Positions 41,101 to 55,000 of a stretch of 64,000 bases of DNA are shown in pieces. The stretch covers positions 8,246,001 to 8,310,000 of the forward strand of contig OZ176056.1 in NCBI GenBank assembly GCA_964247055.1, in the 5' to 3' direction. Below the pieces are notes generated by a model, which worked only from the letters and a program-made list of their open reading frames with translations, ran no database searches and was not told where the DNA came from. Positions within the stretch are counted from its first letter, which is position 1. Each line of letters starts with the position of its first letter. A program made the position numbers and the translations under genes. The DNA comes from Paragordius varius. Its lineage: Eukaryota > Animalia > Nematomorpha.

Positions 41101-44100
41101 TAAATTGGTAATACACTCATGTACATACTTAAAAATTAAATTTTGTCGTTATTTTCATTTTAATAAAAAATTTGGATTTTTGTTTTTTAAGCTATGCCTG
41201 AGTTTATTACTTTTACTGTATCTTTCACGATGGTTGCTTAAATATTGTAGCATTATATTGATGTTTATGATTGGAGTTAAAAGAATTTCTAGGAATGTCT
41301 TACAGCAGCGTCCCTTTTGTTAAATATGCCACCATATAATAAAAACTGGGCTTTTATAATAATGAGGCCATCTGATCTTCTTATTCAGAGAATATTTCTG
41401 GATAAAACAATGGTTTATCTGAATAACAAAAATTGGTATAGGCGTTTTTCAAATAAGCCCTGCGGATAGAGTTTAAGTATAATACACCACTGTATCATAA
41501 AAAACTTAACTTCATAGTTAAATAAAAGAAATTTTTACTTTGAAGGCTGGCATAACAAGCATACCACTTTTTTGAATTCGCAACTATATATTATTGACTC
41601 CATGTAAGATAAATTCCTTGTTATAAATTTAAACATAATATTTCGCGTTGAAAAAGATATTAAATGATCCGATTTATTATGGAGGTAAACATCATAGCAG
41701 CCCACAATTTTTTAAGGTTCTTGAACACACGATTCAAAAGATTTTCTGTTTTAAAAATCAATGTTTCAACTAAGGCACAGCGAAGAACCTAACACATGTA
41801 GTGTATGAAATTTAAATTGCACGAAAGCGGTGAAGAAGAGGGTTGTTATTGAAATATCTTAAAAAATATATGTTAGGTAAAAAACATATCATAGAGCTAT
41901 TAATTTTGTGGCTAACATGTCATTATTATTAATATATTCTTTAAATACCAATAAAGCGTTAAAGCAAATATTTTCCATAAATGCCAATATTTATGCATTA
42001 AATTTGACTAAAAAATTTCAGTAATAGGAATCTTGAACAGTATTAGTTAGATATAAAGTTTTATAGGTTAAATATACGACACATGCGCTTAAACATAATT
42101 GTCCCCAATTTAAAATTTTTAAGCCAAGTATAAAAAATTTTAATCGTTGGTCTAAATAATTGACATATATGAAAATTCTTATCACATATTCTCGGCACTT
42201 TTGGTTTTATTTTATAAAAAAAACAAACTAATCGATTATAAAAAGCATAAAACATGGAAACATTCGGACACATATAATTTATATATTCTCTTTATATTAT
42301 ACCATTTAAAATTCGAATTAACACTTAAACAATTAGAATTCAATCTTATTCAAAATCACCCTCAAATAAATTACTTGTTTTTTAAGATTAAAAATTACCT
42401 ATATTTTTTAATATTTTTAAAACAATGAATTTCTGTATAAAATTAAAATAATACTAAAAAACATAATAAACTATGCCAATTAGATATATTTCATATTAAT
42501 AATGAGTATTATTAGTTCGACACAAAATTTATTTTTAGGGTGATGAATTGTTAAAGGGTGAATTTGTGTGAAGGGTTAATAAATTAGATAAAATAGTTTG
42601 ATTGCTCTATCAAAAAAATTAATATTATAACAAAATATGCGCTTTCTGCGAATAAGACCCAAAACAAACCTGAATGAATTTTTTTATCAAAATATTTATA
42701 TTTCATCGGGCATATATTTTTAATTGATTTTTAAATTTTTTAAATAGGATTTAACTCGTATCTAGCCTGATTTTAGAATTTTATTTAAGGAAACAAACAT
42801 TAGATTGTATAAGTATCAGCATTCATTTTTTCCATGCAATTTAAAACGATTTTTAAATTTTGAATATGGATGAGTTTATGTTATAAAATTTCTAAACACT
42901 TCAAATATAAATTAATTATTTTCTTGCTTCATATTTTGACACCTTTAACCTTTTATAACAACCGCTATATTAACATTAAAACATTCCTCTCATATAGTAA
43001 ACCATACAATAGGCCTATAAAATAAACTTTTTAACTAATTTATGGCCTCCAATTTCAAGTTTAGTTAAAAAGTTGATCAGTTATTTTAAAGCGGGTCGTC
43101 ATAAGAAACGGATAGTTTTATAAATAGGGACAGTAATCAAAGACATGGCAAACATCCCCTTTAATATCTATTTTGGTATATAACGGTATTTGGACTGTAA
43201 ACTTTTAGAGTTATTGGACAAAATTGATAAATCGCGAATTTATACATTATTAAAATAAATATTTGATGGATTATAAAGGCTTCAATTATTATATACGGAT
43301 AAATTAAAAATATTTATCTGCAGTAAAATTTAAAATTTAAGGGACAAAATGTAAAAATATAAAGAATTTTTTCAAAAGACAGTATTTTTTTTAAATTTGC
43401 TTTTTTATAATATAATTCATTGTTTTTAACTACAAATTAAAAAAACAGCTATGTATCTGGGTAAGAAATATAATTATATATTTAACAATTTGTAACTTTA
43501 AAGAGAAAAAATATGGTTTTTGGAAAAAAAATTTGTTTTTATATTTTTATTTGCATTCTTGGGCTATAGTCCTTAATTTTTTTATAAAATAGCAAAAAGT
43601 ACGGTTAAAAAGTTTAATTATTATTTCAACCAAATTCTGTTTTTGAAATTATTGATTATATACACAAATAGAGTCAGGATAAAAATTTTATCCCGTAACT
43701 GTTGAGTATACCCGATATTTCACTTGCGAATTTTCAAGTATAACCTGATTTGATAACATTATTATATACCTCGAATTTAAATTTTCAGTTAGTAACTGCT
43801 TAATATATATATGTATATAAAAGACTCTCTGTAATGCTCCAAAAATCTGATAGTCAGCTAAAAATAATTTTTATCAATCGACCCCATGTCATTGTTATAT
43901 GTTTTTACAATTTTTAATTAATATTAAACAATCTGACTAACTTATACTTCTAAACACAGTTTAGATGAAAATGGTACCTAACTTGTGCAGAAATAAAAAT
44001 TTATTTTCAGTATGTAAAAAATTATAATATTAAACTGATTAAAAATAAGATTTCTTTCATAGTAAATCAACATTTTGATTTTTCTTAAACTATAGAAATG

Positions 44101-45167
44101 CTGTGCCTTTGCTAAAAATAATTAATGACAGGATTTAATGATTTATTTATTAATACCATATTTTTAAATTAATATATATATCAAATAAACATATTTTAAA
44201 TCACTTGGTTGAAATGAAAAAAAATATTATTAATTTTTATTATTCAAATTTTTTTTATCTACAATGCTAAAATCTACATAACATTTAGACCTGATCATAA
44301 AAAAATCGCCATACTATTTGATCGTCCCTTGATATTTTACACAGAGTTTTTTATTATAGTTGTCGCATCTAATTAATTTTGACAGTAGTCTTATAGTTTG
44401 CCATTTATATTTCAAATCCTCTACAAAAGTTAAACATTTCCAATTCACCAAAGAAACATATGTAATTGGGATTAATCTAACTCATTATTGATAAAAATAT
44501 GTTTTATGTTATGGCAAAACCAATTATTTTTTCTGTATTTATGTTTTTAAACAAATTTCAATGTTTATATATATCAACCATTATATTATTTGCTATTTAA
44601 CATTTTATATTTTATAAAAATATCCAAAATATAGTATAAAAAAATTATTTTAGCACAAGAAATTTAAGCATAATTATTCAAGATTTTTTTAAATTATTAC
44701 CTATTTTTAATGAATTAATTTAGTCTAATTATTTTAGCTGCTTCGTTTAAATACAGGAGGTATAATATAACCATAATTATCAGTTAAATTGAAAATCATA
44801 AAGTAACCCGTTTTAATATAACTACTCCATTTATAATTAATTAAACCAATATATAATTTCAATGAAAAAAACTTAATTTCAAAGCACGTATATGTATAAG
44901 ATCAATTCAACTGATTCTTTTATTAAAAAATATAATTAAATTTGTTTTTATATGTGCATAGTAGATTTTTAATTAATATAAATTGGTGTATCCTTATATA
45001 TTAATTTTCATCTATAATCTATATATTTATCACAATAATTATATAATTTTATATAATGATGTTTTAAATCTTAAATTAGGTAGGTATAAAAAACTTTAGA
45101 AATATTTTAAAATAATACTTTTATTAAAATAAAAAAAATGCATCATTTATTTAGATATTTTAAAAAA

Positions 45168-48100
45168 TCAATCCGTGTCGGAAAATTCAGAACCTATATA
45201 TATATATATTATATTACAGTAAATATATCATTTATAAAGACGAAAAATTAAAACTAAAAAACATATTTTATGAAATCATATTTTATCTTTAAATGAATTT
45301 TCCATAGTTAGCTATTATTAATTGAGGTTCGTGTAATCATCATAAATTTTTATGCTTTATTCCAAAACATCCGATAGAATATTGAATAAAGGTTAAAAAT
45401 TAGTGATATTAATTGAAAAGGTTGGATATTTACTTTTTTATATATGTATTTTATTATAATGTTTTAATATACAAATTTCTTACTATAGATTTCAGCTATA
45501 TAAATATGGGTATAAAAAAATGGCATTTTTTAGCTTGTAAAATATTAAACGCATTAAATCCAGCCAATAACTTACAATATTTACAACATGAAAATTAAGA
45601 TTTTATCCTATTAAAATCTGCTCAATATAATTTACCACACATATCATAAATTTTAACTCAATTAGTAACATTAATGTCCAAAATTAAAATAATAATCAAA
45701 AATCCTTGCACTTCTAAATTTCTCCATATAATATATATATATTATTATCGAAACTTATAATATGAATAAATTTAATTATTGCATAAAAAACATTAAAATA
45801 AGTATAAATTTCTCGTGAGTATCATTGAATTTATAATTTTTTGGGACTGTTTTTTACGTTCTGTAATTATAAATCAGTTATAATCGTTTATTCTCAAAAA
45901 CACTCGTTTTAATGGATAATTTAATCGACCAAATTCATAAAAGTGGAGTATTAATAAAGAAGGCAAAAAAATATTTTACCCTCTTCCTCGATATCCGAAA
46001 GCACTGTGTAAATATACACATTTAAAAAAATTGTCAAAAAAATTGAAATCGAACTATTTGAAAGCGCCGTTATATTGGAATAACCAAGGATAGTAATGCA
46101 TTAATTTATAATTAATTTAAATATTTTTTATTGAAATTTGTTTGTCTTTTACTTTGCAAATCAAAATGGTGAACTTTAAAAGAAAGTTGTTGAAAGTCAA
46201 AAACTGTCACCAAAAATAATATAACCTACTTAGAGAAGAGGTTTCAGATGCATCCTCTACAATAAAACAAATTTAATTAATAAAAATAATATTTTATAAA
46301 ATAGCTCACCGGCGGGAAATTCTCCTTTTACAGTTAAAATAATATATATACATATTTTTATATAACGTTAAAATAATCAAAATGTGTAAAATACTTGCAG
46401 TTGAAATAGCTTTAAATTAAGAACATTGATTAATTTAAAATTCATTATAAGGAAAAATAAAATAAATTAATTATACCCTCGTCAATCTGTTGACTCACTG
46501 AATTGGGTTGAAAAATAGTTTTATACAATTAAATGTAAAATATTAAGTCATTTATCTTGCTTACTATCAATAGATTCAGCCGAGGCTACATTAATTTAAT
46601 ATTTCTAAATTTTTAGTAATTCCACAAAATTTTAAATTCGCAGTCAATTTTTTATATAGAAATCTAATTTTACAGTAAAAATTAAAATTATACGGACAAA
46701 ACGTAAAAATATAAAGACAAATATTTTTTGAAAAGGATCACTGTACTTTCAAACATTTATTTTTTAAAACTTATTATTTTGTATGAAAGGAAATAACACA
46801 CTTAATTACAAACTTAAAGTAATAAAATAAACTTATGTGGGAAATATAAAAGATTAACAGTGTGTTTTTGTTTTTAAAAAAAATTTGTTCTTATCCTTTT
46901 ACGTTTTGTTCTAATTTTAATTTTTATTGTAAATTTAAATTCAACTTATGTTATGAGATATATATATATATATTTATTTAAATATATGCTTACAAACAAT
47001 ATTAGCATCTTAGATATATATATATATATATATAATTTAAACAATATTAATATATATATTTCAATAAATATTTAATACCTGAGTTGAGTAACCTTGATGT
47101 GCCTAACAAAAAATATATTTGTAGATAAAAATAATTTTTTTTAAACAAGTTAATTTGTTACGTACTTTTTAAGCCTTCATTGAAATCTGGATATTAGCCA
47201 AAACAGAATATTAAAATAGATGTATGAAAATCCACATTTTAAAACAATTAGAGTATTTTTTAAAATATATTTTGCGTCAGCTATGAAAAATATTTTTTGA
47301 TCTAAATTATAATTTTAGCTTTATTATCCACGAAAAATTAACAGACCTTAGAGAAAAAATAATATTGGAATTCATCTGTTTGGGAAATTATTTGTAATAA
47401 ATTTTTTCAGCTATTTTTTGTAGTGTCAAATGAAAAAATCATTTTTGAGATTCAGGTAAATTCATGTTTAATTTTGAAGTTCTCGAGATTAGATATATTT
47501 ACTTGCGACATCGGCTTCCAGACCTAAACAAATATATCAAGTATATAAAAATTTTATTTGTGAATTTTATATTCCTTTAAACTCCATCCCCCGACTCTAA
47601 AATAATTTATGCGGCCAGCAACGTTAGTCTTTAATTCTAAAAATTTAGCTTAAATCCAATCTTAAATTAATAAATGGTTTTAATTTAATAAACAGAAAAT
47701 TAAAAGCCAAAATTTTTATATAATAATATTATAAATTGAATTAAAAATTGAAGCTATACATTTTATCAAAAGCTCTTATTTTTTAACATAGTTTTTTAAA
47801 TATAACTCATGGTAACACAAATAATGAAATAAATTACACTGTGAGAAAAAATTTTGAAAAAGTATGGTTTAAAAATATTTTTTTCTTTTTACGTTTTTAG
47901 TCATTTTGTCTGTATTATTTTTATTGTAATTACTATTAAGCAATATAATGAATTTTTTGATTCTTACAATATAGCATTTTATAGGTTGTCATTAAGATTT
48001 AAGCTAAAATCGTACTTTCGATAAATCCTTTTGCCTCTATATAAATATAACATTAAACGGCTATATACATAGTGTTTCAAAAAAATCCTGATGAAATATA

Positions 48101-51088
48101 TATACTAATAGAAAAATCTTTCAGGATTATCATGGTGCTTTTGCCTTTGGTCCTACGAATAATTTAAGAAAATTATTTACATTTGTGGTATATTTTTAAG
48201 TTTGGTCCATTTAATATTTTATGAGATTTTTATATTTAAATGGCCCTGGAGTATAAAACCCAAAAGGTTGTGCTATTATAAAAGGATTAGTATAATACGA
48301 AACATATTAAACTATTCAATTAATCCGATTAACTCTGTTTAAATTAATGCTGTTTTGTAAAAAATTCATATTTTTTTACTGACCTTTTTATACTAATGAT
48401 TTTTATATCAGAAAAACAGGATTTTCTGAATAGGGAAATACGGCAGTTTGGGCTTAATGTTTAATTCAATAAAAAATAAATTTTGTGCATAGCCCGAGAA
48501 TTTATAATCATAATACAATAATTAAAGATAATTTTTTGCAGATGGTCAAATTCACTTAATAATTATAAGAAGCATTAAATAACAATATACTTTCGATATA
48601 TTGACGCATTTCTAGGAAAATATTAGATTAAACAAAAAGTTTTACTTGAAATCTTTCCTGCGCACAATAATAAAATAATGTATTTGATTATCAAACAGAC
48701 AATATGAAAAACACAAAATATCCTGTTTAAATTTAGTCGTATTGTGATATAATCAATGAATTTAACAATGTTTATTTTAAGATATCAATATGATTGAAAA
48801 TTTCCCTGTTAACTGACTAATCCATTTGACCTTGCCATTAATTATAATCGCACATCATTGTTAACTTTTTTTTAACTTTCATATATGAGAAATTGTTTTT
48901 TAACTATCATATCTTACATATTTTGTCAAATTGGTTAAATATGCGTTTTAATCAAATCTTTATTTAATCTGTTATGTTGTAATGCCACCATAAAATTTTT
49001 AGGCGATCAGCTTTTTTTCAAGAACCAAATTGCTATGATTAATTGGTTTTTATCAATAAACTACTATATTTTTGATATTATTGTGAGTAACTAATAAGCA
49101 AATATTATGGTTTACTTTAAATAAAAAGCCAGTTTATTATAATTTGACCTGATATTTTAAGTGTTTTATATTTGTTTAATACATTTTGACCCAAATTTAA
49201 ATGAGAAATGCCGTCTGGCCGGAGAATTTTATTTAAAATGTAGCCAGCATAGGAGCTATTCCTTTTGAAATTGGGAAATTATTTTTATGAATCAATTATC
49301 ATATTTTTTTATTTTAATGATAAATTTAATTAAAAATTATTTAGCATAATTTAATTTTAATTAATCTCTAACAGGGTTACGAAGCACAATTGAGGCTAAA
49401 TTCCGACAATCGGGCTCATTATGAGTATTCAAATAAAAACCTATAAACCGTATCCAAAGTATAGAGTGAAAATAGTATCAAACAATAACCTGATTGTATA
49501 ATTCCTGCCGCATATATAAAAAAAATATTTTTGACAAAAACTATAAATTTTAAAAATGCAAATGTAATTTTAAGTAAACGAAATATACTTTCAATCATGG
49601 ATGAGGATGTATCTAATCAACAAAATTTAGTTTAACAAAATTAATTCTAAAAACTTTTAATTATATTTTATTTATATTTTAGAAAAATATATTTTATAGA
49701 GATTACCTTGTGATTCTATTACTGTTTATTATATTTTATTTTAATAAAATATCATGGGAATACTTGCTGAAAAGTCGTCACTAACTGATATTTATTTATT
49801 ATATAAAAAAATATTTTCAAATGTGCCTCTTACTGCCGAGCATACGTTCCCCCACTAATAATTTACAAAAAATTAAGATTAAATTTTGTGTTTTTTTACC
49901 TGTAATTAACCCACGAGTTTCTAAATTTATACGATAAAAATTATTTTTGGTTCATAAATTATTTTATAAAATTTTAATAGCGCAATACGATTAAAAATTT
50001 AAGATAACAGGAAATATTTGTCTCCCATTAATACCTAATTAAATAATAGGTTCATCACAATAAAAATAGCTAATTTTTTTCCATTTTATTTAATAATTTT
50101 TTTCTACGAATATACCCTTGGTCTATTTTGGGGCAGAGTGTGATAAATATAGGCAATTCAGCAAAGAGCCTTAATATTAAATTTTAAGCCAACAATATTG
50201 TCATTTTCTGTATTTGTTGCAGTAACAATATACGTTTCTTATTTTTACTCTAATCAACTTTATATATACCATTTACAATTCAATTTCACCCTTAAACAAT
50301 TCAAATTCACCCTCAAATGAAATATATGTTTTTTAAGATTAAAAAACACCTATATTTTATATATGTTTATGAAAATAAAAATTTTGTTTTGAATTAAAAT
50401 AATACTGAAAAAATAATAAACTATACCATAATATTTCATATTAATAATGAGTTATATTAGTTCAAAAACGCATGATTAATTTTTAGGGTGAATTTGAATT
50501 GTCCAAAGGTGAATTTGAATTGTTCAAGGGTGAATTTGAATTGTTCAAGGGTGAATCTGAATTGTTCAAGGGTAAATTTGAATTGTTCAAGGGTGAATTT
50601 GAATTGTTCAAGGGTGAATTTGAATTGTTCAAGGGTGAATTTGAATTGTTCAAGGGTGAATTTGAACTGTAAATGGTATATATAGTTATAAGTAGCACAT
50701 ATTTGGAGAATATATATAGGTTAGACTTTAAAAAGAATAAATTAATTTTGAGCAAAAATTACTATCAATGACCATTAATTTTGGTTGTCGAAACAAATCA
50801 ATGTCGGCATAAAATTAAAATACCTAATTATTAATTTCTTAAAACTAAAATATTTCTAATTAGTAGCCAAATCCAATATACTACAAATATACCAACGCTT
50901 CATATACAAATTAATGTAAAATATAGCGCATAAATGTCATTTACAAATGAAAATTTTAGGAATGGTCAATTAACATTGTCATTAATCTAATCACTAAAAA
51001 TTTTCGTTAGTGATTCCCAAATGCTTTAGTCGACTTAAATAAGGAAACGGGCTTACGGTAAAATTGCAAACAATTTTCCAGAAAACAT
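45168..51088 (-). CDS. Micro-exon gene 2: predicted secreted protein, about 184 aa, 21 exons
   Basis: Exons: 51057-51088 (ATG, gtaagc donor), 50116-50169, 49900-49920, 49834-49854, 49764-49780, 49707-49721, 49490-49504, 49381-49440, 49191-49214, 48591-48611, 48016-48036, 47583-47636, 47503-47523, 47166-47186, 47079-47102, 46565-46585, 46477-46497, 46310-46324, 46230-46256, 45980-46003, 45168-45193 (TGA); 555 nt open. MFSGKLFAILPLFAELPIFITLCPKIDQG...LKTNVAGRINYFRVGGWSLEADVANFNEGLKSTSRLLNSASAESIDMSQQIDEGEFPAEDASETSSLMLSDIEEEGSEFSDTD*. The first exon is the least certain. Confidence 0.7.
50263..50682. mobile_element. Foldback-type MITE family A with arms made of 21-bp tandem modules
   Basis: Termini TATACCATTTACAATT...TGTAAATGGTATA; right arm has about 9 copies of AAGGGTGAATTTGAATTGTTC. 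Other copies at about 1991-2283, 10578-10900, 28901-29199, 42297-42575 and 59405-59615, with the same internal segment in either orientation. Confidence 0.85.
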
Positions 51089-51167
51089 TTTTTAAATTGA
51101 TATTTATAGATTCTTATAGATATTATGATCGGCTAATTTTGCATACACTTTTTAATAGTTTAATAAA

Positions 51168-51211
<44 letters not shown>

Positions 51212-51491
51212 TAAAATTTTACAGAGAAAACATAAAAACATAATGACTGATGTTTTTTACCGCTGTTTTTTAACTTTAATCTCATATAAATAAAATTGTA
51301 ATTTATTTATATGAGATTAAAGTATGGTTGTACATGTTTTCAAGTTTGGTTCAATGTATAATTTTAATATTTACTGTATATTATCAATTTTTATCCATTA
51401 AAAAATATTGACATTACCAGTATAAAAATTGTGCAAAAATTTATATAACTACCTAATAATATATTTAGATAGATTTATTTTAAGAGTCGAG

Positions 51492-52054
51492 TTAATGCAT
51501 TGACGCTAGAATTTTTTTTTAAAAAAAACTTCATTAACTTTGATATAATTATCCAGAAAACTAAAATTCTAATTTACATACCGATGTAAAAGAACAAAAT
51601 TTATATTATAATCATTACATACTTTGCTCTACCAAAGATGTATCTATAACAAAAATAAAAAATTAATATTTTTTTATTAATTTATTTATAAAAAAAATAA
51701 ATTTTACATGTCCTTAATTGAGAATTGGCTAAAATACAAAAATATATGATTTAAAATCTAATGAAAAATATATCACTAAACTGCATAATTTATTTTTTGC
51801 AGAATTTTACAGCATAGACCAGTGAAACCCGTTAAAATTTTTATCGCCTCAAAAATATTTAGCTAGTCTCAAGGGCCTTGCATCCTATAATATCAATAAA
51901 AATTCCATAGATATTTGAATCATGTGCAGATAATTTACTCAATATCAATACATCAAAAAATTTAATGAATAATTCAGAGCTATAAGAAAGAACTTTTAGG
52001 ACTAGGCCGTTTGAGTACCATTGTCATAGAATAAATTTGTACCGTAGAAAGATT

Positions 52055-52095
<41 letters not shown>

Positions 52096-55000
52096 ATATT
52101 TTGAAGGTTGTCTCGGTTAAAATTTCCTCTATTGGGTGTCAAAATATATCGAAAAAACTTGGAGACAGCTCCAAAAATTTGCTAAAACTTTTTTAAGGCT
52201 TGCTAAGAATTATTTACATTTTTTAATAACCATATTATTATACATTTTATTTCTTGTCTTATTTGTATTTTAAATAAAAATAAAGCAAAAAATAACACAT
52301 TTTTAATATTCTGCGCAATATTTAAATACGTGCTAAAATATTCGTATTACTATTTCACTGGGCTACACAAAACGTAAAGAAGTGTCAATATGGTTTTATA
52401 GAATCCCTGAAAAAATATCAACACAAACTATATTCAATATCATAATTTTAAACATTAGAGAACCAAAAAAATTTTAAAAAGTTTTAAAAAGGGTGTATTT
52501 TTAAGGTGTTTAGAATATTTATATTTTTTTTTAAAAAAATTCAAAAAGTTTACCCCCAAAATCTATAGTTAGGCGAGCTGCTCAATATAAATTGTGATTA
52601 CTAATTGTTTAAAACTTAATAATTTTAAATAAAAATTATTTAGTTAGTAATACCTCTTGATTCATCTTTCAAAGTCTGTTGAAGATCTAAACATATTATT
52701 TTATTTTTATAATAATATTTTTATCAATACTTTCATTGAATTTTGCACGTTTGGGTGATTTATCTAAATATGGATTTTTTTATCCTTTTTGTGTATACCT
52801 TCAAAAGATGATTTCCTTTTCAAATCTATATATGTATATATATATATATATATTAAAAATATGGATTGATATATTAACTTTGCGTGGATTCTGGGTTTTC
52901 TAAAAAAAAATTTATTATATATTATATTAAATTACAGAAAGGTGTTAGCTAAAATTCAATACAACTCCTCGGGAAAATATCAATTTTTGATGTTCGGAAG
53001 AATATATTTTTTTATGATTGTCGGCATAAAAATTAATACTAAGAAACATTTTATAAAGCTTTTTTATCAGTTATGGATTATAAAAAAGATATGTAGCTTA
53101 AATTACAAAAAAAATTGCGTAAATGAGGAACTTGTAGTAGTAATAAAAAATATTCTAAAAATATATCAATGAAAAAATTCTATAATTAATGGGTAAAAAA
53201 CTATTCTTAAAAAATAATTTAAATGGAAATTGTAAATAATGAGATGACCCCCTTTAAAGGATGAGTATTGGGTTAATATTTTTTAAAAATGAATTTTTTG
53301 AAAAAACAGGTGAATTCTTTTAGATTTATATAAGTTTCTACCATATTTTAAAAATTACAAATGTTTTTAAATATTTTTAAGCCGGCAATAATTGGAAATA
53401 TTATGTTGGAATATATAAAAAATATTAATTTTTCAAATATAAACATAAATATTTTTATAAAATATAGTGTATACCATTAGAGGGGCCTGCCTCAGGCTCT
53501 AACAATATGAGAAAATTTTAATTTTTATTTTAAAAAAATTTAATTTTTATTAAAAAACTAAATTCATAATTTACCATTTGAGGGGCCTGCATTAGGCTCT
53601 AACATATAATATACCATGTAAAATTATTTAAAAAATATATTTTTTATACTTTTAAGAAAAAAAATATTTACCTGTTATTTCTGGTTGGTTTACGTTAAGA
53701 TCTAGACAGGTAAGCTTAACATTACTTAATTCGGTTTCTGCGTCTAAGAATATAAAAGTATAAAATAAAAAGTATTTAAAAGTACTTTTTTTATTTTATT
53801 AATAGAGATCCAACCTTAAAAAATCTTAAATGCCATATGATTCACTAATACTAGTATGCAAAAATTTGGACTGCATTGAGTTTAAAATCACAGACATTTT
53901 TAAATGAAAAATCTAATCACTTAGATACAAGGCATTCATTTCAGTCCTTTGATTAAAATTGGGGTACTTGGATACCCCAGGCCTGTTTAAAATTAAATTC
54001 TCTAAAAAATATGGAAGGAATCTAAACTATGGCATAATTTTGCACCTATATAACATTGATAAACCGAAATATATATTAAAAATGTTATTCTAAAATACTT
54101 GATATATCTTTTTTTAATGTAAAACTCAAAGGTAATAGCTAAATCAATATAACATATGTACATTGGCTAAATTGAATAATAATACAAAATAAACCATTCT
54201 TTCTATTTCTATCAATGTTGGATGAATTTAAATAAAATATTAGCTTTAATTTTAACGTTAGAATCAAATAACCATAGATATTTTGCAAAATTATTGTAAA
54301 ATAAAAATGGCGTCGAAGTAGTTTGAATGAAACTTTTTCTCAATTTTATTTAGATAATTTGGCTTTTCTATATAATTTTAATTAGGATAGAAGCATATAT
54401 TTAAATTGGGACGGTTTCCTTGAGTAGTTTTTTAGAAATATTATTTTAAATTTAGTTTGGGATATTTAGATACCCCAATTTTAATCGAAGTGTTAAAAAA
54501 ATACTTTCAGATGTTTCCACAAGGGCACTAACGGTCTCTGCTGCAGGCATAATACTAGCGCCTTCTGAAGCTCCTGTCAAAACTATTTGTGTAAAATAAA
54601 ATAAATTATTCTACAATTTATGATTTTTTTAAACGCAATTATTTATTATTTTTTGGAAAAATTAAATGATTTTATATTAGGAATTTATATAATTGAGTTA
54701 TTAGCAAAACACTACCAATAAGATATTTAAAAACGGTTTAAAACCGAAAATTGTAAAGTTGAAACGGAAAGTGAGGGGTTTAATGGTTATGTTTAACTTG
54801 ATTTGATTCGAATATTTTTATTTTTACTTTTTAAATTTTATAGTAATAATATTATTATAAGGAAAATTTCATAAATTCCTTTTAATAATTCAAATATAAT
54901 AATATAAGACAGTAAAGGGTTTGGTTTTCACTGATCCCAGAAAATTAAAATATATAAATCTTTATAAAGACATACTTCCAACACTCAGAAGGCCTATGAT

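Noticed and set aside
41105-41323. Hydrophobic 72-aa ORF
   Set aside because: It overlaps the Gypsy 3' LTR start; T-rich sequence gives Leu/Phe bias.
41360-41830. GC-richer segment with FEGWHNK, resembling a MULE transposase motif
   Set aside because: One short motif only; neighbouring frames give no supporting motifs or TIRs.
43826-44420. Isolated minus-strand candidates (44091-44111, 43826-43846, 44343-44420) suggesting another gene
   Set aside because: No signal exon or stop exon could be linked; weak donors.
26427-44759. Scattered plus-strand micro-exon candidates (26427-26460, 29481-29504, 35353-35394, about 36531-36623, 43449-43460, 44738-44759)
   Set aside because: No start exon or consistent chain was found; these show the chance rate of such matches.
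50483-50755. ORFs with SPLNNSN and SRVNLNC repeats, or a CRISPR-like array
   Set aside because: They are translations of the 21-bp tandem arm of MITE family A. The repeats are contiguous with no spacers and no cas genes are present.
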